From positions 1-51,007 of the IMG/VR virus record IMGVR_UViG_3300010376_000045: a stretch of DNA of 51,007 nt, one strand, 5' to 3'. The number at the start of each line of letters is the position of its first letter. Positions within the stretch are counted from its first letter, which is position 1. This DNA is from a virus. Lineage: Duplodnaviria > Caudoviricetes. Below are positions 28,601-37,363 of the stretch, piece after piece. A program made the translations under genes and the position numbers. A model generated the notes under the pieces. The model made no database searches. It had not been told where the DNA came from and worked only from the letters and a program-made list of their open reading frames with translations.

Positions 28601-29258
28601 TAGAGTACAGAAGATCATCGGCGACATGTTCGTGCGTTCGGTGCTGCAGCCGGGGGACTCGATCGCGTTGAGCGCCTATGGGCGGCGTTACAGCGATCAG
28701 ATCACCGGCTTCAATCCCGCCAGCCTTACCGGCGGGGACGGAACCAGCAGGGATTTTCTGATCGACTTCACAGGCGCGACGAATAACACCGTTGAGGACT
28801 TCGGAGCCATCTTTACTTGGCCGGTTGGTTCGCTGAGTATCCTCGACTACTGGCAAGTGGACTGGTCCGCGACGCCGGAGCAGATTGGCGGGTGGAAGAC
28901 CGACTTGACCGGCTACGGCGCGGAGTCGGGCGGGGCCCTGCATGGGTGGCTGCATGTGGGCTACTTTAACCTCGCCTATGCTTCAACTGCGCCGGTAACA
29001 GTGACAGCCCAGACTGACACTGGGCAAACAATTACCATGACTTTTCCGTCCACAAATGGAACCTTGCGCAAACAATACCAAATCGTACCTGCAAACAAAT
29101 TCAAGTTGATCGGGTGGACCGTTGATGGTGGCGGTAATGGGTTTCGTCTGGATGCATCAGACTGTGAAATGGCTATTAAAGCCTGGGGCGAGACGGGACC
29201 TTACCATATCCTGCGGCCTTTTGCTGGTCAAAGTCCGCAACAGGGGACACAAGTATGA
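25644..29258 (+). CDS. Tail nozzle / DNA-stabilisation protein (P22 gp10-like role) with inserted lectin modules
   Basis: 1204 aa; LYWSKGN and RTLVYD beta-propeller-like motifs; PA-IL-like and PA14-like inserts; lies before the ejection genes. Confidence 0.6.
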   Translation: MPDGMRLDIAGGMATRLARDAVPPGKYPYLQNVRKYLDQRIISRAAQGPSLVVDGATLVYNAQINSIRRLNDTTPGGPPDGYSMVVGFDTGVCVNSLGVQFGLSGNPVSMMPFRPNASPQPWMYCGDANQMFKVNAAGVAYKVGIAEPQQAPIVTTGPVTTTGSFTMSANAVPWTNAGGMNAAVNYGETAYPGGADGGPAIIGGLTPGSTLALTATGTATVNGSSYGPGDGGPSGASYPGHFISGGSKILLGAFTDANGNVVPSTAGGNTYACYNVGASASLTVPPNAAQFQVGVDSSANTFSNNSGTFSVSWTLTTAAVATKPGLVGAVTAYIWGDSPHSGPVASYIWKNGSDGGSGTTRVVGDAVSTATGTSLIFDSTPEDGTVPVMWTTLDSSGNVTGSFPLFTPAMEPEGYQDFNCCIVGNLFIPAAGSYTLNFTSKDQIMVGVGGGASVTTPPAGFSGQTMTVVNGLPLVYVSTVNGTGPQVSGSVSVSFPSQGVYPVEIDWDYWEHTGRQLLMQINFQTIPPLQMGQFHINAQYRYVYRSSKTGAMSNHSPATIPYLIPFEANQVTSYFSTDPQVDLVDYYRVDEGLDNYTYVGTGPNDDAGPNGTNTPITDTLTDLAIASNPILQYDNFEPFPSIDMPKKGVVNVGSGGVIAWVSGDQFNTRWLPGTVITIGSPTSIAYTLVTRPASATTMTIPGVAAGTNLAYQIPEPKLAAQPMPAIWGPTDNVNFVFGCGDPLRPGTLYWSKGNNFDSAPDTNQQEVTSPSEPLMNGTIISGIGIVFSTERAWLIYPTFTSALASVEGVTGSAWNLTLSSITHGLYMRYAIATDNGGRVYWRGKDGIYVSQMGGPEASVTEDIFNLFPHEGLTLAPVTVAGYTVYPPDDTKPGKQTLAYAKGYLYYDYQDTNGNPRTLVYDVEGKGWSVDVYGSPATVHYWEEGVVNDVLTGSWNGTQAAVQPLGSAVAESVSCVVMTPSINGGDPRVQKIIGDMFVRSVLQPGDSIALSAYGRRYSDQITGFNPASLTGGDGTSRDFLIDFTGATNNTVEDFGAIFTWPVGSLSILDYWQVDWSATPEQIGGWKTDLTGYGAESGGALHGWLHVGYFNLAYASTAPVTVTAQTDTGQTITMTFPSTNGTLRKQYQIVPANKFKLIGWTVDGGGNGFRLDASDCEMAIKAWGETGPYHILRPFAGQSPQQGTQV

Positions 29259-29380
29259 AGACGGCGCTTCCAAGCCCTATAAAGTGGGGCAAAAAGCAGG
29301 CCAGAGTATGCGGTATCTGTCTTCGTGCTAAGTGCAGAGACTGGTATACGCGGCATGGGAGGAAAAATGTCCACGTCTAG
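29255..29380 (+). pseudogene. Probable HNH endonuclease remnant (41 aa)
   Basis: RVCGICLRAKCRDWY resembles the C-terminal Zn-ribbon of phage HNH proteins; lower-GC flanks. Confidence 0.35.
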
Positions 29381-29597
29381 ACAGAGCTGGTTTCCTCCGG
29401 TTTCTGCTCAACCGACATCAGAAGAATTGGCTCGCCATCTGCGGTTAATTTACACAGCCCTTAATCAACATGACGAGGCCATCGTGACCCTGAACGGAAA
29501 GACCACTACGCCGCCGCAAACGCAGGCCACGGGAGTGATCGGGACCGGGCAGAAGGTGGTCTTGCCGATACCGAAAAAGAGACTGAAAATCCCATAA
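29367..29597 (+). CDS. Hypothetical structural protein
   Basis: SD GGAGG and ATG 29367. Confidence 0.55.
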   Translation: MSTSRQSWFPPVSAQPTSEELARHLRLIYTALNQHDEAIVTLNGKTTTPPQTQATGVIGTGQKVVLPIPKKRLKIP

Positions 29598-29627
29598 TTC
29601 GAAGCTTATTATGGCGGGGAGGTTATT

Positions 29628-30212
29628 ATGGGCGGATTTCTGAGTGCGCTGTTCGGCGGTCAGAACAAGGAACTGAATAAGGATATCGGCCAGTCGCGCC
29701 AGATCTCCGACTGGTCGCAGGGCATGGGCGAGAAGAACCTGACTTCGGCCTCGAATTTTTACAACGCCATCTCTTCCGGTGATCCGGCGGCGATCGCACG
29801 TGTCCTGGCTCCGCAGACCGATGCCGCGCAGCAGGCCGCGCAGCAGGGCAAGCAGACCGCCGCGCAATTCGGGACGAGGTCTGGTGGTACTACCGCGGCT
29901 ATGGCGGGGCTTGATGATCGTACTCGGGCGATGATTCAGCAGATGATTGCCAACCTGACCGGGCAGGCAGTCGCCGGAGAGGCGTCGATGGGAGAACAGG
30001 GTTTGAACCGGGCTCTGACGGCGAACCAGATCAACGAGCAGGAAGCCCAGCAGCGGATGCAGAATTGGCAGAACTCGATCCTCGGCAAGGGGCTGACGAA
30101 GGGAGCGCAGTTTGCGGAGACGGCGGGCCTGGGTGCCGTGGGTGGCATGCTGCCTGAAGGTCCCGGCGCGGCGGTGGGATCCCAGGGCGCGTTGAGCAGC
30201 TTCTTCGGATGA
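29628..30212 (+). CDS. DNA ejection/pilot protein
   Basis: MGGFLSALFGG start; Ala/Gln/Gly-rich; first of three internal virion genes. Confidence 0.6.
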   Translation: MGGFLSALFGGQNKELNKDIGQSRQISDWSQGMGEKNLTSASNFYNAISSGDPAAIARVLAPQTDAAQQAAQQGKQTAAQFGTRSGGTTAAMAGLDDRTRAMIQQMIANLTGQAVAGEASMGEQGLNRALTANQINEQEAQQRMQNWQNSILGKGLTKGAQFAETAGLGAVGGMLPEGPGAAVGSQGALSSFFG

Positions 30213-30220
30213 GGTGAGCG

Positions 30221-32260
30221 ATGGGCACTTATGCGGATGCGGTGCGGCGTAAGTGGGATGATCAGGAACAGGCGCGTCAGTTAAAGATCAGCGCCCTGAG
30301 TCAGGGCCTGCAAAATGCGCAGAACCCGGAACAGGCCCAGGAGATCTTGACTGGCATGGTGGGGATCCTCCAGCCCCACGAGGGCCACCACATCATCGGG
30401 GCCCTGCGCGGATTGGCGGGGCGGCTTGCGGGCAAGCATGAACAGCAGCAGCCCATGGGAACGCCTCCATTTGTTGCTCCGGGAACCGTGCAGCAGCCGC
30501 CCGCGCCGAAGGCCACGCCGGATGATGTGCCGATCACCCAGGCGGGGCCGGGATTCACGAGGCCACCTGTTCCCAATGCGCCTGCGCCGGGAGGACCTCA
30601 AAGGCCAACACCGCCAGGAAAGCCCGCTCCCGCGTCTGCGGAGCCCGTACAGCCTTCCACGGCAGCGCAGGGACGTGGACCAGCCCCCGGCGGTCCTAAG
30701 CGCCCTGTGCCGCCTCAAGATCCGGCGATCGCATTGTTTGGAAAGTACTGGCGGAGTCCCGCGCAGCTTCATCAGCGCGATCTTCAGCAGAAGCATGATG
30801 ACTTTGAGTCGGAGCTGGAGCGGGCGGGCATCACCGACCCCAAAGACAAGCAGATATTTGAGCAGGAATTTCTACGCACCGAGTTTGGGATGAAAGCACC
30901 ACCCGGAAAGCCGAACTATAAAAATTACATCCTGCCCGACGGGAAGGTGGTGGCGCTCGATCAAAATGCGGAAGGCTTTCAGCCTCCGGCGGGATCGAGA
31001 CTGGAGGCGGGAAGCCGCCATGTGCCCTTCAATGGTGGCGCGGTAACCCCGGACCGGGCGCGTGATCTGCTTGCCTCGGGAGCGGTCGGGGAAGACGAGT
31101 ACAAGGACGTCAACGGGCAGACCATCGATCTCGCCAAGCTGCCCGACGGCGTCAAGCTGGTGCCGGTGTATTCGGGCAGCGGCAAGTACTATCAGGTGGC
31201 CGACCAGAAAATGCGCTTGGTGGCCGCCGACAATCAAGTCTTGGTGGAGCCGGAGATCGGTCAGATGGCCGCGCCCGGGGAAGCGCCCAGCCTGGGGCAG
31301 AAGCGGGTGGGAACTTCGCGCACCACGACCGTGACTGCGCCCAGCGGGCAGCAGGTGGTGACCGGAACCTCGGTTGTCGCGCCCGTGACTCCTGGCGCAC
31401 GCCCAGCCACAGTGCCCGCTGCTGGCGCTACAGTGCCCCCTGTAGTATCAGCGCCCGCTCCAGGCGGACCGGCAAGGCCAATACCCCCGGGCGCTCCAGC
31501 AAGGGCCGCAGCGCCAGGAAAAGCCGCGAGCAATATCGATGCGGAAATTCAGACCAAGGGCGTGATGCCCGATATCCAGAACATGACGCCGCAGAACGCC
31601 AAGATGGCCATCAAAGCTCAGCCTGCGGTGACCGCGCTCTATGGCCTTTACGGAGACCCGCAGCGCCCGGAGGTAAAATCGCTGGCTGATTTTTCTGATC
31701 TGGCTAACGACAAACACGCGCAGGAGACGCTGGGCGCGGCCTTTGCCCTGATGGATCAGCAAATGGGCGAGATCACCGATCCGGGGGTAATGGCCACCCT
31801 GGCCACGGCGGCGGGATGGGCGAACTTCAGGGCCAAGGCGGAAGCGGGTGCGCAGCAACAGGCCGGTTCGGCGATGACCGCCCGCGAACGCGAGTACTTC
31901 GACATCGCGATTTCCGGTATGGCCGACATTATCGGCGCGAGGGCGGCGACCGGGCAGAGTCCGGCCAAGTTCTCGGTGAACGCCATACAGAACGAACTGC
32001 CGCTAATAGGTCTTAGCTCCACGCCTGATCGTCAGTCCTACATCACCAAGATGCAAACCATCGCGCGGCAGATCAACGTGGGCCTGAACGCCATGCCCGA
32101 CAATCAACGGGCGCTCTATTACCTTGACAAGCGGGTGCATGACCTGGAGCGCGAGAAGGGAAAAGGCAAGCCAGCGCCGGGAGGTCCGGCAAGACCCAAG
32201 CCGCCCGCAGCCGGAGGCGGTGGCGCGACCATCAAGGTAAGTCCTGAGGATCTGAAATGA
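30221..32260 (+). CDS. DNA ejection (internal virion) protein
   Basis: 679 aa; repeated APGGPxRP motifs; position. Confidence 0.55.
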   Translation: MGTYADAVRRKWDDQEQARQLKISALSQGLQNAQNPEQAQEILTGMVGILQPHEGHHIIGALRGLAGRLAGKHEQQQPMGTPPFVAPGTVQQPPAPKATPDDVPITQAGPGFTRPPVPNAPAPGGPQRPTPPGKPAPASAEPVQPSTAAQGRGPAPGGPKRPVPPQDPAIALFGKYWRSPAQLHQRDLQQKHDDFESELERAGITDPKDKQIFEQEFLRTEFGMKAPPGKPNYKNYILPDGKVVALDQNAEGFQPPAGSRLEAGSRHVPFNGGAVTPDRARDLLASGAVGEDEYKDVNGQTIDLAKLPDGVKLVPVYSGSGKYYQVADQKMRLVAADNQVLVEPEIGQMAAPGEAPSLGQKRVGTSRTTTVTAPSGQQVVTGTSVVAPVTPGARPATVPAAGATVPPVVSAPAPGGPARPIPPGAPARAAAPGKAASNIDAEIQTKGVMPDIQNMTPQNAKMAIKAQPAVTALYGLYGDPQRPEVKSLADFSDLANDKHAQETLGAAFALMDQQMGEITDPGVMATLATAAGWANFRAKAEAGAQQQAGSAMTAREREYFDIAISGMADIIGARAATGQSPAKFSVNAIQNELPLIGLSSTPDRQSYITKMQTIARQINVGLNAMPDNQRALYYLDKRVHDLEREKGKGKPAPGGPARPKPPAAGGGGATIKVSPEDLK

Positions 32261-34539
32261 GCGTAACGGTAGAGGGACCAGACGGCAACAACTACGAGTT
32301 CCCTGACGGAACCGACAAAACCGCTGCGGTCGCGTACTTCAAGAAGAAAGGCATCACCGGTGCGTCCGCGCCTGCGGACGAGGACTTTACTTCTAATACC
32401 AAGGGCGAAGGCCTCTATCCCATGAGCGGAGTTCTGGGCGACATCCAGGTTCCTTTCAGCAAGGTCATGGATGCTTCGGGTGCGGGCTACCGGATGACGC
32501 AGAAAGATCGTGAGCGGTACGGGCGCGATGAGACGGCGGATTTTACCAAGAAGCTTCCCGGATTGCTCAAGACTGATCCTGAGATTCAGAGGCGGGTGCT
32601 GGCGGGCAAGACGCCACGCGAAGATCAGCCCTTGCCGGAGGTTGTTCCCGAGGGCCCGGGCTGGTGGCAGAGGGTGCGGAATACTGTGGGGGACATCACC
32701 CAAACGAAGAGCGAAGCGCCGGGGGTGTTTAATCTGCCCGCCGCTGGCGAGATGGGCTTGAACTACGTAAAGCGGGTAGGTGCCGGTCTTTTTGGTTTGG
32801 CCGATATGCCTGTGCAGGCGGCACAGGGAGCGCGAGAGATGGCTTCCGGCGATCCAATCCTGGGTCAGCAAGGCCAGGGACGCCTACTCGCTCTGACGCC
32901 CCAGGCGCAGGCTGCAGGGCGTGTCCAGGAAGCATGGCGGGAGCGCAGTAATCCCAAGCTCGAGGCGACCAATATTCTCGGGGATGCGACTACTGCGTTC
33001 CTGGCACCGAAGGCGGCGGAGTGGTCTCTCAAGGCCGCGCGGACGATACCTGGATTGCCGAGAGCGGCGGGGCAGATGCTGGCTGGAACCGGGCCGGAGT
33101 TGACGCGCCGTGTTGCCCAGAAGGAGATCGGCAGACTGGCTCATGAACAAACCGTCCAAACGATTGCCAACGCCGAAAGGAAGAAGCAGTTCCTTCAGGA
33201 TATCGATCGAGCCAAGAGTGCTGACTCGTTGAAGATGGCTGATCACCGTCAGGCGGTAATTGAGGCCGAGGAGGCCAATAATCAGGTCATAGCCGAGCAT
33301 CAAGCCAAAAATGCCAAAAAGTTGAATGACTACGAGGATCTTAATACGGTGCATCAGAAGGGCCAGGAGGCTATTCGTTCGCGAGATCAGCTGGAGGACT
33401 ATGCGTATGACGAACTCCAGAAGCTCGATAAAAAGATCGGCAAGCAGGTAAGCGACGAGTATACCAACATCGGCAAGATCATGGCCGATAAAGATCCATT
33501 GTCCCTTGATGAAGCGATCGGAGCCGTGGAAGAGGCTTATGGGAAGACGCGCGGTTCGCGGGAACAGATTCCACTGTTCGAGGCCATTCTGAAGGAAGAA
33601 AGCCCGTTGGGCTGGAACGACATGCAGGGCTACTACGAAGAGCTGGGAGCGCAGCTGCGCAGCGGCACTCTGGCTCCGGGAATCTATAAGGCAGTCGAGT
33701 CGCTGGCCAGCTTCTTTCGCAACAAGATGGATGTCATGGCCGAAAACGCGGGCGTCGGTGAGCGATGGCAACAGGCCAGAGAGGCCTTCAAGAAATATAA
33801 GGAAACGTTCGATGCGCCCGGTTCGCCGGTGGCCAAAGCGGTCAAAGCCCGCAACGCGGCGGATGCGGCCAAGCCGTTTCAGGGCCGGAAGGTACTCGAG
33901 CAAGATGAGGCCATCAAAAACTTAAACACCTATGATCCAGGTCTGACCGCACGCTTGCGGAATCTGAGGGAGACCAGTCAAGCGGCAGCTAAAGCACCCA
34001 AGAAAGCGCCCAAGCAGCCGATGCTGGACAAGCCGCCCGATCTGGCGTCGAAAGCTATTCCACGTGCTCCAGAGGTCAAGCCTCCAGAGTTTAAGGAAAC
34101 CCCCACGCCGGATCTCGATATCGTGGAAGCGAAGCGCAAGAAGGTGCGGGACAAAGCGGAGCAACTATCGGGCCTGTCCCAAGGCGATCTCTACTTTTTG
34201 ATCGGAGGACCGATCGGATTCGCGCTGAAGGGTGCGGTTTTCGATGCGCTTTTCTTGAGTGGGAAGAAGCTCATTACCAGTCATCTCGATGCGCCCAAGG
34301 TGGTGGACTGGCTATCCAGGCCGACCCCCAAGGATTTGGCGCTGCTTGAGCAGTTGCCGCCCGAAATCAAGGCCAATGCCAAAGCGAAACTGCGGGAGTT
34401 TATTGCTGACCAGCAAGCCAAAGGGGGAAGGCTGAAAATCGCCGGTTCGGTAGCGGCATGGCTGGGTATGACCGGGGCGGGGAGCGAAGCGGAAGAACGG
34501 GCCCGGGAAAGCGCTCGCAGGCTGCAAACGACGCCTTAG
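32257..34539 (+). CDS. Large DNA ejection (internal virion) protein
   Basis: VTVEGPDGNNYEFPDGT N-terminal motif common in podovirus ejection proteins. Confidence 0.6.
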   Translation: MSVTVEGPDGNNYEFPDGTDKTAAVAYFKKKGITGASAPADEDFTSNTKGEGLYPMSGVLGDIQVPFSKVMDASGAGYRMTQKDRERYGRDETADFTKKLPGLLKTDPEIQRRVLAGKTPREDQPLPEVVPEGPGWWQRVRNTVGDITQTKSEAPGVFNLPAAGEMGLNYVKRVGAGLFGLADMPVQAAQGAREMASGDPILGQQGQGRLLALTPQAQAAGRVQEAWRERSNPKLEATNILGDATTAFLAPKAAEWSLKAARTIPGLPRAAGQMLAGTGPELTRRVAQKEIGRLAHEQTVQTIANAERKKQFLQDIDRAKSADSLKMADHRQAVIEAEEANNQVIAEHQAKNAKKLNDYEDLNTVHQKGQEAIRSRDQLEDYAYDELQKLDKKIGKQVSDEYTNIGKIMADKDPLSLDEAIGAVEEAYGKTRGSREQIPLFEAILKEESPLGWNDMQGYYEELGAQLRSGTLAPGIYKAVESLASFFRNKMDVMAENAGVGERWQQAREAFKKYKETFDAPGSPVAKAVKARNAADAAKPFQGRKVLEQDEAIKNLNTYDPGLTARLRNLRETSQAAAKAPKKAPKQPMLDKPPDLASKAIPRAPEVKPPEFKETPTPDLDIVEAKRKKVRDKAEQLSGLSQGDLYFLIGGPIGFALKGAVFDALFLSGKKLITSHLDAPKVVDWLSRPTPKDLALLEQLPPEIKANAKAKLREFIADQQAKGGRLKIAGSVAAWLGMTGAGSEAEERARESARRLQTTP

Positions 34540-34541
34540 CC

Positions 34542-34787
34542 TTAGGTGAGAGTGCGCAGCCGTGCGATGGCCTTGCGGCGTTGTTCTTCCCGTTCTGTTT
34601 CCAGCATTGCCTCAATAGCAGGGTCGTCCGGTCGCGGCTTGAGGATGTAGCGGTCGGCATTGGGATCAGACGAGAAGCAGGCCTTGGAGTCGGGAGTCAT
34701 CTTGGTGCGATGGATCTGATAGGCGGCTATGGCATAGTAGGCAAGGCCGACGATCAGGAAAATAGCAATTACAACCAGGAAATCCAT
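34542..34787 (-). CDS. Small membrane-anchored protein (moron / superinfection-exclusion candidate)
   Basis: SD GAGGA; MDFLVVIAIFLIVGLAYYAIAAY transmembrane segment. Confidence 0.55.
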   Translation of the reverse strand: MDFLVVIAIFLIVGLAYYAIAAYQIHRTKMTPDSKACFSSDPNADRYILKPRPDDPAIEAMLETEREEQRRKAIARLRTLT

Positions 34788-35769
34788 GTTTCTATCCTCT
34801 GAGATTCTTACTATATTTGACGCCTGCGAGCGGCGTTCGTTATGGATGCGCCAGTATGAGCGGTTTCGCACTCCGCCCCTGGCGGCCCTCTACCGGGCCC
34901 TCGATGCAGGATTGACCGGCGAGAAGCCTGAAGTTGCCGGCCATGCGATCATGTCGATCGCTGCCGCTGAGGGTTTGGACGTTGTGAACCCTATGGTCTA
35001 CGACGTTGCTATTCATTACGCGCATCTGGCCACCATTCTGGCTACCTACCTGCGGGCCCAGGGCCCGCCCTGGGTGCACGTTAAAGACGTGAAGCTGGGC
35101 CGGCATACCTGGGAATCGGCCTGCTACGAGGCCGGCCAGATCCGCCGGGTGGCCCTGATTGACTACTGGTCCGACGACCGCCGGGACCAGGAACTTAGAA
35201 GCTGGCGCACCCAGGGTGAGATCGTGGCTCTTGAGCGCCCGCTCCTGCTGAATGCCATCTCCATCGGCCATGTTCTCGAGAACCGCCGTAGCTCGCCCTG
35301 GACGCGAGCCTGGGCCCATCCCCAGAACGGGCATATCAGGTTCCAGCGTAAGACCTCGACCGAGGGATTTGCGGGAACCTGGAAGCGGCAGTGGCGCGAG
35401 ACCTCCGACCTCAGGACCGAGCAGTGGCTTGACCAGATGCTGAGGGATCGGGTGTTCGATGATCTGGTGCATACGGTGGCCGCCGCAGTGCCGCCGCGGG
35501 TGGATGACATCCGGGAAGACATGCTGCGCATGGCCCGCGAAATGGAGAGCGCCAAGGCGGTGCCGCCGATGCGCCGGACGGGCTGCCATGGCTTCAGCCG
35601 CTGCCCCTTCATAGCGGTCTGCTATGGGGCCCGGGAGCCGGTGCCGAGCATCTATGGATTTCGCCGTAAACAGCCTGCGCATGGGGTTCCTGCCAGTGAT
35701 ATTATCCCGGGTCCAGATTTGGGACCAAATGGCCCCAAGGTGGTACAGATTGGTAAAATGAGAGCATGA
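34786..35769 (+). CDS. Cas4-like / PD-(D/E)XK-fold protein with Fe-S-type cysteines
   Basis: N-terminal FDACERR and C-terminal CHGFSRCPFIAVC (1+3 Cys); catalytic motif not evident. Confidence 0.5.
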   Translation: MFLSSEILTIFDACERRSLWMRQYERFRTPPLAALYRALDAGLTGEKPEVAGHAIMSIAAAEGLDVVNPMVYDVAIHYAHLATILATYLRAQGPPWVHVKDVKLGRHTWESACYEAGQIRRVALIDYWSDDRRDQELRSWRTQGEIVALERPLLLNAISIGHVLENRRSSPWTRAWAHPQNGHIRFQRKTSTEGFAGTWKRQWRETSDLRTEQWLDQMLRDRVFDDLVHTVAAAVPPRVDDIREDMLRMAREMESAKAVPPMRRTGCHGFSRCPFIAVCYGAREPVPSIYGFRRKQPAHGVPASDIIPGPDLGPNGPKVVQIGKMRA

Positions 35770-35986
35770 CATAAGTCTCATACTCTCAAGCAGTTCCGAG
35801 GGGCCAACTAGGGGCCAAAGTTTTCGGAAAAAATTCCCATTCCAAGCTTGCTCATCAGTAATAGAATCAACGAGTTGTGATTCATTTCCGCATGTGCAAG
35901 TAAAGATATATTGATATTCGGATCACTTTGCTAACTCTTTTATTTTCATCAGTTCACCAATTTCGGGGTCCAACTAGAGTCCAAAA
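35709..35986. other. Putative attP region with integrase arm-type repeats
   Basis: GGGACCAAATGGCCCCAAG (35721), GGGGCCAACTAGGGGCCAAA (35800) and GGGTCCAACTAGAGTCCAAA (35966) flank an AT-rich core at the integrase 3' end. Confidence 0.6.
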
Positions 35987-37277
35987 TATCTAATTCCTTT
36001 GCCATTTCTGAATTCGGGTCCGATTTCAGAGCCTGCTTAATTACCTCTTGCGCCTCAGGCGTGAACTGGCCGAATTGCTTCAGAAATTCGACCATGCTGG
36101 GCACTGCCTTGGCTGCCTGCGCTCCCTTGTCATCGAGCTTGGCGGCCATGCTGTTGGCGAACTTAATGTCGGCTTCCTCGATGGCCTTGGCGTATGTTCC
36201 GAACATGTTCTTGTTGTGGCCCATGCGCTTCTCGCGGGTCTTTTCGGGCAGGTGTTGACCGTCGGCTTCGGTCGAAACTAAGCGACGCAGGGGATAGCTG
36301 CCGAGACGGTTAATGCCCATGGCCCGAATCTTGGCCAGGACGCCAGCCTTCCTGGCGGCCTCGCGAATCATCTTGTTCCAGTTGTTGACATCAATGGGGC
36401 GGTTGTTCTGGGTGCGGAAGATCAGCCCCTCGGCGCGGTTGTTGATGTTGAGGAACTGACGAAGATCCTGGTAGAGGCTCATGGAGATGGGAAAGGAGCG
36501 CCTCTTGTTGTTCTTCGGCCTCTTGAAGCTGCCCCCTTGGCGGGAGACGTAGTTCTCGTTGATTGCCAGCATGGGCGTTCCGTTGTGCAGGCTCAGGCAC
36601 TCCACCTTGAGGGCAGACCGTTCGCCGGGACGAATCCCAGTCTCGGCCTGAAGGCGGAAGATGAGGCGGTCTTGTTCGTTCAGGTATTGCCTCATGGCTT
36701 GATAGTCATCGAGGGTGTAGGCGTAGGTATTCTCGCCGGCCTCGGGCTTGCGGGGTAGAACGATGTCGCGGCAGCAGGGATTGGACTCGATGTATTTATC
36801 CCGCTTGGCGATTTGCAGCATCTTGCGCAGGGTGGCGTAGATGTTGTGCAGGTAAGCTGCGCTCAGTTCGGTAGTGTTGGCCGTAACCCACTTTTGAACG
36901 ACTTCGGTATCGATGTTTCCGATCTTCAAATGACCAAAGACCGGAATCAGGAATTTGGTCAGGTTGCGCTTATCCAGTTCCTGAGTATGGACTGCCTTCT
37001 GTACCAGGATGGTACTCATCCAGGTGTCGGCAAACTCTGCGAAGGTGGTTACACGCTTGGGCTTGTAACTTGGTTTATTGATAGGAGTCAGAATCTCATC
37101 CAGGGCTTTCTGGGCGAGCTTCAATGTTGGGTATTCCAGGAAGGAAAAGTGAACCTTGCGTCGGATCCTCTTGATGGTGCCATCTTTCTGGATCTCGTCT
37201 TCCCGAAAGCGGGCTTCGAAACGGTGGTGGGCAACATCTTTCTTGAGGCTGGGTTTCTGGTAGCGGGTGCGGGCCAT
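35949..37277 (-). CDS. int: Tyrosine integrase
   Basis: ETGIRPGE (R), KRPKN (K), YPLR (HxxR variant), RMGH, FGTY (Y); arm-binding N-terminus MARTRYQ; SD GGAG before ATG 37277. Confidence 0.92.
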   Translation of the reverse strand: MARTRYQKPSLKKDVAHHRFEARFREDEIQKDGTIKRIRRKVHFSFLEYPTLKLAQKALDEILTPINKPSYKPKRVTTFAEFADTWMSTILVQKAVHTQELDKRNLTKFLIPVFGHLKIGNIDTEVVQKWVTANTTELSAAYLHNIYATLRKMLQIAKRDKYIESNPCCRDIVLPRKPEAGENTYAYTLDDYQAMRQYLNEQDRLIFRLQAETGIRPGERSALKVECLSLHNGTPMLAINENYVSRQGGSFKRPKNNKRRSFPISMSLYQDLRQFLNINNRAEGLIFRTQNNRPIDVNNWNKMIREAARKAGVLAKIRAMGINRLGSYPLRRLVSTEADGQHLPEKTREKRMGHNKNMFGTYAKAIEEADIKFANSMAAKLDDKGAQAAKAVPSMVEFLKQFGQFTPEAQEVIKQALKSDPNSEMAKELDILDSSWTPKLVN

Positions 37278-37321
37278 GTGTCTTGCTCTCCAGTCATTAG
37301 TAATGACTGGGTTGATTGTAC

Positions 37322-37350
37322 ATCCAATTGGACCCAATTGGACCCAAAAT
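37322..37350. repeat. Arm-type-like tandem repeat upstream of int
   Basis: ATCCAATTGGACCCAATTGGACCCAAAAT, similar to the attP repeats. Confidence 0.5.
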
Positions 37351-37363
37351 TCCCGTTTCTTTT

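Noticed and set aside
31925-31940. Extra copy of the Xer-like arm (ACATTATCGG)
   Set aside because: A 10-bp match inside a structural gene, lacking the rest of the motif; probably chance
30221-34539. Tape measure protein
   Set aside because: No tail tube or chaperone genes; three consecutive proteins fit a podovirus ejection cassette
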